From Eledone cirrhosa (Eukaryota): a stretch of 64,000 bases of DNA. The position numbers and the translations under genes are program-made. The DNA is taken from assembly GCA_964016885.1 (NCBI GenBank), contig OZ024743.1, positions 288,734,001-288,798,000 of the forward strand, read 5' to 3'. The notes below the pieces were generated by a model. It was given only the letters and a program-made list of their open reading frames with translations. It did no database searches and was not told the origin of the DNA. This document shows positions 1 through 16,141 of this stretch, in pieces; the stretch's first letter is position 1; each line of letters starts with the position of its first letter.

Positions 1-44
1 AGCTATGAATATACACGTGATGAATTTAGATGCAATCCTTTGAA

Positions 45-240
<196 letters not shown>

Positions 241-635
241 GTTTGTGTGTGTGTGTGCAATTGACGTTACATGGATATAACATATCGACCGGTTCACCAT
301 AAACCCTCAATGTAAATTTGGCGCCAAACTACCAAAAAACAGAGAGCATACAGATATCATTATGGATACATCAATGTACATATGTATGTGCTATGTACTA
401 TGTATGTATGTATGTATGTTTGTATGTTTGTATGTAAGTTTGTATGTTTGTACGTATGTGTATGTGTATGTGTGTATGTATGTAATGGGAAGTCTATCTC
501 GTATAAAATATATATCAAGTGAAACTGTAAATCTCATTTGAAATAATTACACAATATATAAACTATTAAACCAATCAATGCAATGATAATGACGATGATG
601 ATAGTAAATATTAACAACAACAATAATAATGATAA

Positions 636-1485
636 TGGTTTCTGATTTATGCACAAGGCCAACAATTGTGGGGGAGTGGAAAGCTGATTAAATCGACCCA
701 GTGCGTGACTGGTACTTTATTTTATCGACCCCGTAAGGATGAAAGGCAAAGTTAACCTCGGCGGGATTTGAATGATGATAAAGATAATAATTGTTTCTAC
801 TTTAGGCACAAGGCCAGCAATTACCCAGTGCATTACTGGTACTTTATTTTATCGACCCCGTAAGGATGAAAGGCAAAGTTAACCTCGGCGGGATTTGAAC
901 TAAGACAGTAAAGGGACATGCTTTTTAATTTAGTCCCGTGATATACAACACTCTACGGAGTTCACACTACTTCAACAGTACTTTGTTTATTGAAAACTAT
1001 TACAGTTATTATTTTGGGGGTAATATTGACGTGGTGTGGCAAAATCTGTGTATCTTTCGCATATTAAATGTCATTTTTTAAATCTATCTGATACCATAAA
1101 TAGTACCAGTCCAGTAAATGATCGATGTAATCAACATTACATTCTCCCCAAATTGCTGGGTTCGGACCTACAGTAAAAACCATCAATATTATTATTATAA
1201 TTATTTCTACATTTGGCACAAGGTCAGCAGTTACCCAGTACATTACTGGTACTTTATTTTATCGACCCCGTAAGGATGAAAGGCAAAGTTAACCTCGGAG
1301 ATTTTCTACTTTTATCACAAGGCCAGCTATTACCCCAGTGCACCACTGGTACTTTATTTTATCGACCTCGTAAGGATGAAAAGCAAAGTTAACCTCGGCG
1401 GATTTGAACTCAGAACGCAAAGGGCCATAACTATGTTGCAAAACATGGTGTCTGACGCTCTACCGATACTGCTAAACCACTGCCC
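636..1485 (-). mobile_element. Cluster of four partial tRNA-derived SINE copies (approx. 636-775, 790-920, 1203-1300, 1303-1485)
   Basis: Repeated ACTGGTACTTTATTTTATCGACCCCGTAAGGATGAAAGGCAAAGTTAACCTCGG, matching the full-length copy at 62822-63006. Confidence 0.9.
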
Positions 1486-2156
1486 TATTATTATTATAAT
1501 GACACACAATACCATGCACGTAACATGACTAGGGTTACAATACATGTAGGGTTGGAAAAAAAAAATTATATAAAAATTATAGTAGTAACGAAGACATTAA
1601 AATATGCACGATTTGAAATTTTATGAAATACAACATAAAATTAAGATACATATAAATCACAATAAACACGTTATAAAGTTACAACATATTAAATTACTTT
1701 AAAAAAAATGTTAAGTTACACACACATACACAGATGTTAACCCAATGACGATGTGGAGTCAGAGCACCAGGGTTCTTGTATAATAATATATTACGTGTGG
1801 AAGCAAAACAATTAATTTGGGGCTCTTTAATCGTTGTGGGCCTCTCGCTACAGCCAGGTTTGTGCACACATAATCAAACATTGATCTTCATCACATATCT
1901 TATACTTCACTGGGATCACTGGAACTCTCCGAAAGTATCTCTTCGTTGGATACATTTCAGGAAATGAACCAATGCTTCCGGACACATGCACTTTAAAAAT
2001 TGCACATTATTTGTTTCCAGTTTATACAGAAAGATGATGGTCCGGGGCAATAAGATGCATGCGCACATTAGCTGTGGTTCAACCAACAGTGAATTTATGC
2101 TGCCTACACTGTATTATCTGTACTCCGAGAGACGGACATGAACGTATGTATGTATG

Positions 2157-2190
<34 letters not shown>

Positions 2191-2532
2191 TGCATGCATG
2201 TATTGGTATTTTAGTGGCAAATTTAATTCGAGGGGTTATCATAAAAGATTACATTCCATATATATAAATATATATATATACGGCGGGCAAAATTCCCGAG
2301 ATTATTCAAGTCCGGGGTATGGCATTAAACTGCATCCAGTGGCAAGGCTCCAGTTCGGGAGTTCAGGAGCTCTGGGGAATGTCGTGTTACCCCTTAGTTG
2401 TTATCACTCCCAGGTCTGCCCCGGAGTAGTACCGGTTACAGCCCTATTTATGGGTTAAATAATTACCTTACTCGAGGGGCGCAGGTAAGATATTATCAGC
2501 CATTGAAAAGAAAATAACTATATAAATATACA

Positions 2533-2649
2533 TATATGAAAAAATTCGGGACCCAGACAGCTGAGCTCCTGCCGTTTCAACAGTTTTATCCAGATCTATC
2601 TGTTGACACGGCAGAAGCTCAGCCGTCGGTGTCACGAATTTTTTCATAT
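2533..2649. repeat. Imperfect inverted repeat, ~50-bp arms with ~16-nt spacer
   Basis: ATATGAAAAAATTCGGGACCCAGACAGCTGAGCTCCTGCCGTTTCAACAG pairs with CTGTTGACACGGCAGAAGCTCAGCCGTCGGTGTCACGAATTTTTTCATAT. Confidence 0.85.
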
Positions 2650-2715
2650 TACCCAAGTATCAGTACGCTGGTGAGTAATGGTCTAACTGGTTTTTACTGC
2701 ATCCATTCTGATTTA

Positions 2716-2805
<90 letters not shown>

Positions 2806-2842
2806 TATATATATAAATATGTATATATATATGTACATATAA

Positions 2843-2875
<33 letters not shown>

Positions 2876-2879
<4 letters not shown>

Positions 2880-3198
2880 TAATATAGATGAGATTCTACA
2901 GGACTAGAACTGTTCCATTCTTTAGAAATCATCAGGAATCTGGGTATCAAAAAATAAATATGGTATTTATAGGTCTCTTCAGGCGGTAGGAGAGGGTGGG
3001 GAGTGGGATGGGGAGAGGTAATTGGTTGATAGAAAAGGGAATTCAATAGTATTTTTTGATACCCAGATTCCTGATGATTTCTAAAGAATGAAACAGTTCT
3101 AGTCCTGTAGAATCTCATCTATATTAAAACTTTTATACTCTGCTATGTATTGAGTACCTTACTTACTGTGGTTACCTCCGATTCAACCCGGTATAACG

Positions 3199-3199
<1 letters not shown>
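2876..3199. mobile_element. PLE pseudo-LTR-like unit with inverted duplication, inserted in (TA)n
   Basis: 2876-2952 is the reverse complement of 3053-3129. The same family occurs at 23822-24070. It carries an HHR motif and has (TA)n on both sides. Confidence 0.75.
3065..3115 (+). ncRNA. Type I hammerhead ribozyme motif
   Basis: Stem I AGATTC/GAATCT, core CTGATGA, stem II TTC/GAA with U.U closure, GAAA, stem III ACAG/CTGT, cleavage triplet GUA. The inverted copy (2891-2941) has GAAA changed to GGAA. Confidence 0.8.
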
Positions 3200-3230
<31 letters not shown>

Positions 3231-3409
3231 CACATGTAAATGTGTATAGATGGGAAAAAATAACATTTAAATCGCGTTTAATTCCTAACAAACGTTTGAA
3301 GAGTTGTACGTTGAATTATTCGAATAATGTTAGGTGAATATTCGTATAATCAAGATTAATAATATCTTATATAAAGCCGTTCATACAGTTGAGCTTCATA
3401 TAGTTTTGC

Positions 3410-3446
<37 letters not shown>

Positions 3447-3612
3447 CAAAACTATATCTGTATATATATATATATGCATGTATATATATATATACATATA
3501 GATATATATTTGCATATATATATACACATATATATATGTGTGTGTGTGTGTCTGTGTGTAATTATATATATATGTACACATATACATATATATATATATA
3601 TAAATATAGATA

Positions 3613-3694
<82 letters not shown>

Positions 3695-3850
3695 TACACA
3701 GACACACCCACACATATATATATATATATGTATATATAAATATATATATATATAATTATACACAGACACACCCACACATATATATATATATATGTGTGTG
3801 TATATATATGCAAATATATATCTATATGTATATATAAATATATATATATA

Positions 3851-3896
<46 letters not shown>

Positions 3897-4413
3897 TATA
3901 TATGTATATAATATATATACAGATATACATGCATAAATACATGTATATATAGAGATACACACATACATATGTGTATATATGTATATATGTATTTATATAT
4001 ACATATATGTATGTATATATATATAGATGTATACATACATATATACATATAAATAATTATATATATAAATATGTATATATGTAAATATATATATATACAT
4101 ATATATATAATTATATATATATTGATTATATATATATGCATATATATATACATATATATGTATATAATTATATATATATGTATGTAAATATATATACGTA
4201 TAATTATATATATATATATACGTATATATATAATTATATACATATATATAGGTATATATATATGTATATATATAAATATATATATATATTTGCATATGTA
4301 TATAATTATATATATCTATATTTATATATCTATATATATTCATATATATATGTATTTATGTAAATATACATATATATATAATTATATACATGTATATACA
4401 TATATATACATAT

Positions 4414-4485
<72 letters not shown>

Positions 4486-4789
4486 GTTATATATATGTAT
4501 ATAGCAGTAATAAACGAAGCCACATTTTAAACATTTGACTTATTTATTTTATTTTATTTTATATATATATATATATATATATAAATACATATGCATATAT
4601 ATATATATATATACATGCAAATATATATATATATTTATATATATATATATTTATACATATATACATATATATGTATATAATTATATATATATATATGTAA
4701 GTAAATATATATATATACGTATAGAATTATATAAATATATGTATGGAAATATATATATATATATGTATTTTTGTATGTATACGTATAAT

Positions 4790-4831
<42 letters not shown>

Positions 4832-4912
4832 TATGTATATATATATATATATATATATACAGACACACACACATATATATATATACATATATATATATAC
4901 ATATATATATAC

Positions 4913-4978
<66 letters not shown>

Positions 4979-4987
4979 ACATACAAT

Positions 4988-5019
<32 letters not shown>

Positions 5020-5020
5020 C

Positions 5021-5057
<37 letters not shown>

Positions 5058-5122
5058 CATATATACATACATATATATACATATATATATATATACATAT
5101 ATATATACATACATATATATAC

Positions 5123-5199
<77 letters not shown>

Positions 5200-5207
5200 C
5201 ACACACA

Positions 5208-5239
<32 letters not shown>

Positions 5240-5264
5240 CATATATATATATACATATATATAC

Positions 5265-5325
<61 letters not shown>

Positions 5326-5329
5326 TATA

Positions 5330-5363
<34 letters not shown>

Positions 5364-5364
5364 C

Positions 5365-5415
<51 letters not shown>
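3200..5415. repeat. Degenerate (TA)n/(CA)n compound microsatellite field
   Basis: TA-dominated low-complexity sequence with short CA runs and a few short unique islands. Confidence 0.95.
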
Positions 5416-5417
<2 letters not shown>

Positions 5418-6769
5418 TCTGTGTGTATGTATTTATGACGAATGTATATATATTCCATAAAACTGATTGAAATATATAACTAGCACTGTATATTTTCAAC
5501 TTCGCTTAGAGGAAAATGTGAAGTGGGTCTCGCCGAGATTTGAACTCATACAAAGGTGTTGATTATTACTTCATATATCACAAAATATCAAACATAGCAC
5601 TGTTTCATATTTTGCTTGGCAATCTACCTATATTGCGACCCCGCCCACTTGGAGTTGGATTTAGATGATTATCCCGATATCATCTATAGCCGTTATCAGT
5701 ACATCTTTTTATCGATCTCGAAACGATGAAAGCTAAATTTGACCCCTTCATAGTTTTCTTTTACATACGAAAGGCTTTAAATAAATTCAGCACGGTATTT
5801 TCTAAGATGTTCTACCGTTATTATTATCTCCCAGCCGAGGTTAACTTTACCTTTCATCAATGTGGGGTTGATAAATAAAGTACCAGTAAGGCACTGGTAT
5901 AATTGCTGGCCTTGTGCCAAAAGTAGAAACAATTATTATCTCACTCCCAAGAAAATACTAACCCACATGTACTTCAGCATTTATGTACTAATATTGCAAT
6001 ATTAGAGTAAGGAATTAGAGCATAAGTATAAAATATAAAGTTGTGTAAGTCACCCACATGTTTTAGGGGCTGAACACGCAAAATCATAAAGCATCGATTT
6101 CAATGGTTTACGAAATTCGCACTACATTCCTGCGCCCGTAGTTTATATCCCACCAAGTTCGGAGTTGATGAAATATTGTACCAATGTTTACTCTTCTTTC
6201 TTACCCCTTTTCTTTCACTTTGATTAATTCTGAAAGAAATCAACTGCGGTCAGATTTGGAGAGGGATATGCTTTACCAGGTTTAACAATGCCCGATACTG
6301 AGATCTGACGGTGCCACACCGACTCATTAAGGAGTTAATGGTCCCAAAGCAAATACATTTGTTCTTGAATGATGTATATATTTTGTCGACCCCTGCAAAA
6401 TAAAAGACAAATCAAACATAATTGCCAATATCATATACCTAGTTTTTAACACATGTTAACTTATGATAATGTCACACTGGAACCATTGCTTCACGTTCGA
6501 TCTGCAAAATTAATCAGCATCGATCACGATTAGTACTTAGATGAGTGATCACTTCAGAGATCCAGGTGCTGTAAGCATCTAATTCTTTCTTTCAGTTTTA
6601 GAAATCCCCGTACAGTACAATATGCACAGCCCTTTCCTCTGGGCCAATCCGTTAAAAAAAAGGTGTTAGGTTATTCAACTAAATTGTCTGATGTTGTCGA
6701 ACCCTGGAAAAATTAATAGATAAACATCCTGATTACCATATACTACTACTATTACTACTGCTACAAATT

Positions 6770-6965
6770 ATGGTTTCTGATTTAGGCACAAGGCCAGCAA
6801 TTTTGAGGAGGGGATAGTCGATTACATCGACTCCAGTGTGTTACCGGTGCTTTATTTTATCGACCCCCGCGATTTATCGACCTCGGTGCGATTTGAACTC
6901 AGCACATAAAGGGCAGTAACTCTATGCCACGAAGCATGGTGTCGGACGCTTTACTGATACTGCCA
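6770..6965 (-). mobile_element. tRNA-derived SINE, near full length
   Basis: Matches the family from AGGCACAAGGCCAGCAAT to GATACTGCCA and includes the B-box complement GATTTGAACTC. Confidence 0.85.
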
Positions 6966-7461
6966 CATAATAATAATAATTTCTTTTTCATTTCTCTCAA
7001 AATACTTAAAACATTGAGAACAGTACAAGAGAGAAAATCGTAGGGGTGTAATAATTGTGTCTTCATTTGGCACAAGATAATGTTCATCAATAAGGCAAAC
7101 ACGATCAATATGTAACATCCCGAGGAAGCTGTTTTGATTCTGTCCCGGTTATATCTAATATCCTGTGATATACAATATCAAGCATCTTCACATTAGTTGC
7201 TGCTTTTGACGTGGTTGTTATTTTTTAAATCTAAATTAACTTAGGTAGGGCTATCCTTACCTTGAGTATATTTCGCCTACTTAAGCAGAAAATTTGCTGT
7301 ATATAGTTTTATTATATAGTTATGTACTTATATATATAGTGAAAGAGGAAAGAATAACATGGTCGGCTGTACAAAAAGGGTTAAAACTATCCTCAAAACA
7401 GAGTACTCACAACCTCCAACTGGATTACCTTAAACGATACCATGTATATATATAAACGATC

Positions 7462-7659
<198 letters not shown>

Positions 7660-7743
7660 ACAATAATAAATTTGAAGACTAAAATCCAAAGAGGGCTCGA
7701 AAAGGATAAATATATATCAAATATATAAGAACCGTAGAGCAAA

Positions 7744-8005
7744 TATTTATTAAAATAACAGATTAAAGTTTAAGCAAAGAATCGCTGCTTTCACCCTTAA
7801 GGGGATCTTCTGAAGATCCCCTTAAGGATGAAAGCAGCGATTCTTTGCTTAAACTTTAATCTGTTATTTTAATAAATAAATATATATATATATATATATA
7901 TAGTAATAATAATAAATGTGAAGACTAAAATCGAAAGATTTCAGAAGATCCCGTTAAGGGTGAAAGCAGCGATTCTTTGCTTAAACTTTAATCTGTTATT
8001 TTAAT
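7744..8005. repeat. Palindrome with 67-bp arms (7744-7878) plus a third copy (7940-8005), pLTR-like family in (TA)n
   Basis: Centred on GATCTTC-T-GAAGATC at 7811. The same family recurs at 34761-34822 and 36221-36304. Confidence 0.85.
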
Positions 8006-8840
8006 ATATATATATATATATATAAATAAATGTTTACTATTATAATGAAGTAAATATAACAACAATATGAAATAGAAACTTTGTACTGGGACTGTTTTGT
8101 TTAATAAAAACCTTAATGTTTTTTTCAAACATCTTGGACCTAACGATCTATATGAGTCTCATTCATTGATACGTCCACATGATTTTATTTGGACCGTTCA
8201 TCATTACCTGCACATCATTAATTTTTCATAAGTAACCGAAATAACATCCATCTGTGTTATTATTTGACTCTAAAATATTAATTGTTAAAAACTGTATTTT
8301 AAAATGTCCCCTTTGGAAGTTTGGTGTTATGAAAGAAATGTAAACAAATATTACTGTGGGGTGATTATTTTTTAATAGATACCACAGGGTAAACGGAATG
8401 TTTGAGAACTAGTAACTTAAGCTGGGGCATATATTAACTGTGTCCGTATTGTTATCACTAGGTTGCAATAAATGGATAAACATCACAGAATCACCTTCCA
8501 CTCATGGTTATATATAGAAAATATAAGGAAAGTTCTCAGAGTTTGAGTATGCTGATCTACATTAATTTTAATGTAATAGCTTATATGAAAAATATTAATT
8601 CACATACATATATATATACACACACACACACAGACACAAGCACATACACAAACACAGACACACACACACATACACACACACACACATACATAGACACTGA
8701 CACAGGCACAGTCACACACACTGACACAGACACACACACTGACACAGACACAGACACACACACACACACACATATATATGTATATTTATATTTATTCATT
8801 AACTTCTGCATATATATATTTATATATAACAATTAACTTT

Positions 8841-8915
<75 letters not shown>

Positions 8916-9333
8916 GAAGATTTTTTTCTTCTATTGTATCTTTCATTTAACTTATGGTGTGATTTAGGGTCGTTTAGGTGTGTTGTATTTTGTTGCTGGT
9001 GTAGGTTAAGGGAAAATTATATAAGCTTGTTTAGTACCTATACCCAGACGTTGTCCCACAGTTACAAATACATACATACATATATACTCATGCACATAAA
9101 TATATATTTACATCGATACACGGATAATAATGAAACTAAGCCATTGAATAGGACCGACACAGCTTCGGTCGTTTTCTCAATCACTCAATAAATTAATTTA
9201 TTCAGTATCATTAAGGCACAAATCCAAGAAAATTAGAGTGCACTGTTACATGTTAATTAGTGAGAAAAACGATTTCCTGTGGGTAGAAAATTGATTTTCC
9301 GGCTCCGAGATATATAGATATAAACCGGATAGC

Positions 9334-9426
<93 letters not shown>

Positions 9427-9818
9427 CATATATATATATATATATATAAGCGTGTGTATGCAGGAGTGTGTATATTTGTGTATGTGAGTGTGCGTTTTCT
9501 TTTGTAAATGAACAAAAGTACTGAATGCTTTCAGTTGATGCTTATAGTTTATAAATAGCAAATCAGGTAACAATGGGAGAAAAACATACACTGAATCGGG
9601 AACGCAGAAATTGAGATACGATATAAACATAGCTAAGGTTAACACAGATTCACACACACGTATATATATATAAACCTAAATATATATGAATATATATGTT
9701 CATTCATCCATGTGTATATATTTGCGTGTGATCATTGTATAAACATCTATATATATATATATATATATATACATGTTTATACAATGATTATATATATATA
9801 ATCTCTTCAAGCCAACGT

Positions 9819-9872
<54 letters not shown>

Positions 9873-10212
9873 TATTCATATAACCTATTTGTGAAATGTA
9901 TAGTTATCGCGAGACAAATTTTCAGTAACATAAGCAAAATGAAGTGAATATCACGGAAATACCCAGTAGTAAAAAAACAATAAGAACAACATACAGCATA
10001 CGAGTCATAAGAATGAATGTATATAATAATTAATATATATATATATAATATATATACCTACCAAACTTCCATCCATGCTATGATCTCCGTGTGACATTGT
10101 TGGATCTTTTGTATTCGTAATAATAATAATAATATAATACAATATATGAATTTACATATATATTTATATATATATAATTTATATATAATAAGTTTAGTAT
10201 TTTTTCAGTTGT

Positions 10213-10254
<42 letters not shown>

Positions 10255-10261
10255 AATATAA

Positions 10262-10293
<32 letters not shown>

Positions 10294-12164
10294 ATTTATG
10301 CGTGTATGTATATATGTGTACGGATATGGTGTTTATTCCCCTTTTCTCTCTCTTTTTTTACAATCTTTTAGTCAAACACTCTTTCATGTTTTTTTTTTCT
10401 TTTCTACTCCGTCTCGTTATAAACAACGAACTTGTTGACTGTAAGGTAATTATTAGAGTAAAATATATGATATGTGTACATATAAATACATGTATATATA
10501 TATATGTATATATATACGTGTGTATATTTAATTATAAATAATGTTTAAGAGAATGAGACAAAGATAGATAAATTATATGGCGAGATGTATATATATATAT
10601 ATATATGTATGTATATGTATATATATATATATATATGTTTATATAATATGATCTATTTCTATTCACTCATTCTGTTAATATTTTGTTTCGCCCGTAGGTA
10701 AATACACATACGTATGGAAATATAATATATACTCACATGTATACATATATATATATATTTATAAATACACACATTTATATTTAAACACTTTTTTCTGATA
10801 TAACGATATTGTTTATGTCATTATTTGTTGCATATAGATCAAAGTTTTTGTTGCTTTTGTTGTTGTTTTGACTTTTTTATACTTCACATTGGGGATTATG
10901 TTGATGATAATGATGATAATGATGATAATGATGACGATGATTATGATGATGACGATGATTGTGATGTTGATAATAATAATAATGGTAACAATAATAGTAT
11001 CCCGTAGAAGCCATCGTACATAAGGTTTGAAATTAATTTATGCGCTGTATTTTTTTCACTTGCTGTAATCACACTGAATCATGTCTGTCTGTGTGTATGT
11101 GTTTATATGTGTGTGTATGTGTGCATGTGTGCATATGTTCGTGTCTGTCTGTGACTGTGTGTCGGTGCGTGTGTCCTTGTGGGCGAGTGTGTGAATGTGT
11201 GCATACTATGTCATTTTGTAAGCAGAGGATTGCACATATATGCATGTACATGCATGGATTTTTGTTTACTTTTTAATTTTTACTTATATGTATGTATATA
11301 TGTATGTATGCTTACATACACACATACATATATATATATATATTTATAAAATCTAAATGTATTATATATTACATATGTATGTATAATTATATATATGCAT
11401 ATATATATATATATAAATAAGTGTGTGTGTGTGCGTATATATATATATATATATGTGTATGTATATGTATATATGTCTGTGTTTGTGTGAATGTGTGTGT
11501 GTGTGTGTGCGTGTGTGTGCGGGTGTGTATATATAAGCGTCGTCGCTGAATCACGTGGCTTACGTTTTTAACGTTGTTCTCCGCTGTAAGGATGGAATCA
11601 AAATGTATATATGCGCGCGACTCAATATCAAATGTTGGTATTTAATGCGACTGGTTCGTTTCATACAGATTACACACCGCCGCCGCCACTACGCACCCAT
11701 ACACTCTCATCAGAAATCCCACCCCCGATCTCTCCCCGATCTTCCTGATCTCCCACTTTATACGCCACACACTCACACGCTCACATACACACAGACACAT
11801 ATATTCCATCACCCAACCAGCCCCACAACCTCAAACACAAACCCGCATTCGCTTATAGCTCTATTCCCCAATCTCAATCTCTCTATCTATCTATATATTA
11901 TCTCTCTCTCTTTCACCCTTTCACCCTCTCTCCCTTTCACCTTTTCCTTCTCTCTCTCTTTCATTTATACGTTGCTCTTTTTCTATATGTTTTTCTTTGT
12001 TTCGCTCTCTCATTCCTCTTATTCTTTCTTATTCTCTCTTTCATGGCGACTTCTTTCCTCCTGACCTCACTCTCTTGCCATGAAATCCCTCTCCTGGTCT
12101 CTTTTATGTACGTACACACATAAATACATAAATATTAGTGTGTATGTATAAATATATGTATATC

Positions 12165-12167
12165 TAT

Positions 12168-12210
<43 letters not shown>

Positions 12211-12314
12211 ATCTATCTACATAGATAGATAGATAGATAGAGCTCTGCCGTCGGGGTCTTGAACATTTTCCTATATCAATATCTATATATTTGTGTAATA
12301 TATATATATATGTG

Positions 12315-12413
<99 letters not shown>

Positions 12414-12537
12414 ATGTATGTGTGTATGTGTAAACCAATACATATATTATGTGGCTATCATTTAGCTCTCTCTATCTCTCCTTATCTCGCGATAAATTAT
12501 TCCCCACTCTCTCACTTTTTCTACGTATTTTTCGCTG

Positions 12538-12595
<58 letters not shown>

Positions 12596-12907
12596 TCTCT
12601 CACTCTTTCTCCTTCTTACATTCTATCTCTGTATCTGTCTCTCACTTTGTCTCACGTTCTCTCTTTTTCATTTCATTTTCTTTCCATCCTCTTTCTTTCT
12701 TCCATTTTCTCCCCCCTCTCTATCTCTATATCTCTCTTTTCCCCCTCCCCTCTCTCTCTCACTCTCTCTCCCCCTCTCTCTATCTCTATATCTATCTCCC
12801 CCCTCTCTCAGTATCTCTATCTCTATGTTATATCCTCGTACCCTTTCTCATTATTGTTATCTCTATTATCTCCGTAATTTTCGCTCTCTATATTTCTCTT
12901 TCTGTCT

Positions 12908-12975
<68 letters not shown>

Positions 12976-13100
12976 TACTCTCGGTCTCTCTCTCTCTCAC
13001 TCTATCTGTTATTCATGCTTAAACGTCCCATTCTGCGAATTCCCTCTCTCCCTCTCTCTCCCTCTCTCACTCCCCTCTCCCCCTCTCTCTCTACATATAT
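12165..13100. repeat. (CT)n/(TA)n/(CA)n low-complexity tract
   Basis: Direct observation. Confidence 0.9.
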
Positions 13101-13428
13101 ATATATATATATATACTCACACATATATATGTGTAATTTATCTATATAAATACATACATATATATATGTGTGTGTATATTAGTGAATCTCTTACTGCTTT
13201 ATTATTTTTTTCACTTCTCCCCCATCTTCCTCTCATTCTTACGTTCGTCTTCTTTTCCTTCACCTCCCTCGTCTCCCCCCTCTACCACCCTAAATCTTTC
13301 CACCTAATTATTTCATATTTATTACAATTTACTCCTTTTTCTTTTTTTTCTGATTTTCTTTCTTATTCTTTTTCAACTAATTCTCCCTCAGTCTATTTCT
13401 CCCTCTCTCTCTCTTTCTCTCTCTCTCC

Positions 13429-13507
<79 letters not shown>

Positions 13508-13859
13508 TATACATACAAATTGATCTATCTCTCCGTCATTCTGTCTATATCTATCTACATACGTATTTATCAATCTACCCTTATATCTATCACTATCATT
13601 TTATTTCTCTTTATCCACCCGCCTATTACACACACTCCACACACATACATCTATACTCTTACCTTTCCCCTTTGTTCAAGACCCCCCCCCCCCCTGATTC
13701 CGCCATTTATCCATATCTTTCTCCTTAATTCCACCAACACTGTCTACATCTCTCACTGTCACTACCTCCTCCACCTTTCGCTTCCGCTGCTACCACCATT
13801 ATTACCACCACTAACACCAAACCCACTACCACCACCACCGCCACCACCACCATCACTTT

Positions 13860-14195
13860 GCGCTAGCTGCATCGGCACCGGCACCAGCAACTGTAGCACC
13901 TCCACCTTCGCCACGACCACATTTCGCCGCCGTCACCGCCACCATGACCATCACCTCCACCACCACGACCACAAGCAACAGTAGCACCTCCACCACCGCC
14001 ACGACCACATTTCGCCGCCGTCACCGCCACCATGAACATCACCTCCACCATCACCAGGACCACATTCCGCCGCCACCGCAGCCACCATGACCCCCCCCCC
14101 TTCACCGCTACCAGCAGCAACAGTAGCACCATCACCACCGCCACTACCACATTCCGTCGCCGTCGCAGCCACCATGACCACCACCATCACCATCC
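13860..14195. repeat. C-rich degenerate minisatellite, ~87-bp unit
   Basis: AGCAAC(T/A)GTAGCACCTCCACC..GCCACGACCACATTTCGCCGCCGTCACCGCCACCATGA recurs at ~13887, ~13974 and, diverged, ~14116. Confidence 0.8.
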
Positions 14196-14590
14196 CATCT
14201 CTATCAATCTAACCATCCAGTTAAATAGCCAGCCGACCAACCAGTGAACTAACCTCTGATAAGTTTATACATCTATTACACACCTACTCCTCCTTCCACG
14301 GCTCTGTATTTACTCTGCCTTCAACTTATTTTATATACTCTCCCCACCCTTCTCCCTTTCCTTTCTTACCCTCCTTTACTACTCACTGGCACTCTTTTAG
14401 TCTTTCTCCCTATCCCGTCTCTCCTCAAATCTTCCTTTTTCTATTTACTTCCTTTCACTCACCCCTTTCTATGTCCATTGCTATCTATTTATTTTATCTC
14501 TTGCATTCTCTCTCGTTCTTCTCTTTGTCTCAGAAAATTATTTTGTCATATATCCTCATCCACACTATCTATTAATCTATCTATCTATTA

Positions 14591-14662
<72 letters not shown>

Positions 14663-15299
14663 GTCTGTCTATATGTCTGTCTGTCTCTCTCTCTATCTAT
14701 CTACCTGTTATCTATCTATCTATCTGCTATCTATCTCTCAATCTGTCTATCTACATGTGGCAAATAAAAAAAAATCTATCTATCTATCAGTCTATCTACC
14801 TATCTATATATCTACCTATCTATCTCTATATATATGTTTTTTATATTTGTCACTCTCCTTCACTTTGATGTTCCTGTCATTCCCTCTTTCTTATTCTCAT
14901 TATATCTGTTTTATCCTCCTTTCTCTCTGTTCCTCTTCTCTTCTCACTCCCCTCAAATACAAACTCACTTAATCATTTTCCTTTTTTGTTACAATTTTTT
15001 ACATTAATTTTATCAACCTCTCTTTCCATCTTTCTTTTCTGCACCCTCTCTACCTCTACCTCTTAGGACTCCCACTTCCTCACCCTCTCTCCTTCTTTTC
15101 TAACCTTTCTATCACACACACCACGTTCTCTCTCTGAATAACTCTTACTCCACTCTCTTTTTTTTCATTGCTCCCCGCTTTACATCTTCACCCATTTCTT
15201 CAATATCTATCTTAGATTTTAATAAACAGATTGGTCACTGTAATTTGTATAAGAATGCATCTTCTGAAAATTTACATTAATTCATTCATACTGCATTAC

Positions 15300-16100
15300 A
15301 AAGCGGTTTTGAATAATTGAAAACGTAATATGATACCATTTAAAATAGGAATACTCTTTCAGTCTCGCTATGAGAAGTAAATAACGAGGTTACACCCCAG
15401 GTTTTATCTCCCCTAAAGTAGAAAATATTGGCTCTTCATCTGTAAATGAAAACTCATTTTCTGTGCAAGGAGAGATATAGCAACTTATACATATTTAAGA
15501 AAAAGCACGTGGCTTAGTGATTAGGGTTCCCGTCGGTATCTTGAAATCTTGACATGACAAATAGATGTACCTGAAATTCAAAAGAGCATCTACTGCGTCA
15601 ATCCGAATAACCCTGATATTTATCAAAGGATGCACGTGTTTGTGGAATTCTCATCTACTAGCAATTTAATTTCACAAGCAGGTTTTTATGTTCTATCGGA
15701 ATACTCTTAGCCAAAAGCGACGGAGATCCAACAACATAGATATTTATAGTGAAATTTGCATAAACAGGGGATGAATATTATGCTAATAAGCTTTTTAGGA
15801 GTCACCGTTTGGTTTTTACACAAACAATTTCAACCAGACTATGCAGAGTAAGCAAAGTGGTTGCACTAGATGATTTTATCACTCTGCGTGTACAAAGATT
15901 GGGATTGTTGGGACAATCTTCAAACAGTCTCGGATTTTCATCAGAAAATGGATTTTCATTTTCTGTCAACTACTATATGTATATACACGGGGAGGAGATG
16001 GGCTTTGCAAGGTTTTAAAAAAGGCCCTAGAAGGGTATATTTCAATACGATGCGCCTACGACTCCTGCAGGAGTTACGGGACCATGCATGAATATGTATA

Positions 16101-16141
<41 letters not shown>

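Noticed and set aside
636-1485. Repeat-spacer-like pattern as a CRISPR array
   Set aside because: Units are irregular SINE fragments in eukaryotic DNA, and no cas genes are present.
13720-14247. His/Pro/Gly-rich ORFs as a host exon
   Set aside because: They are explained by a C-rich minisatellite, with no consistent frame or clear splice signals.
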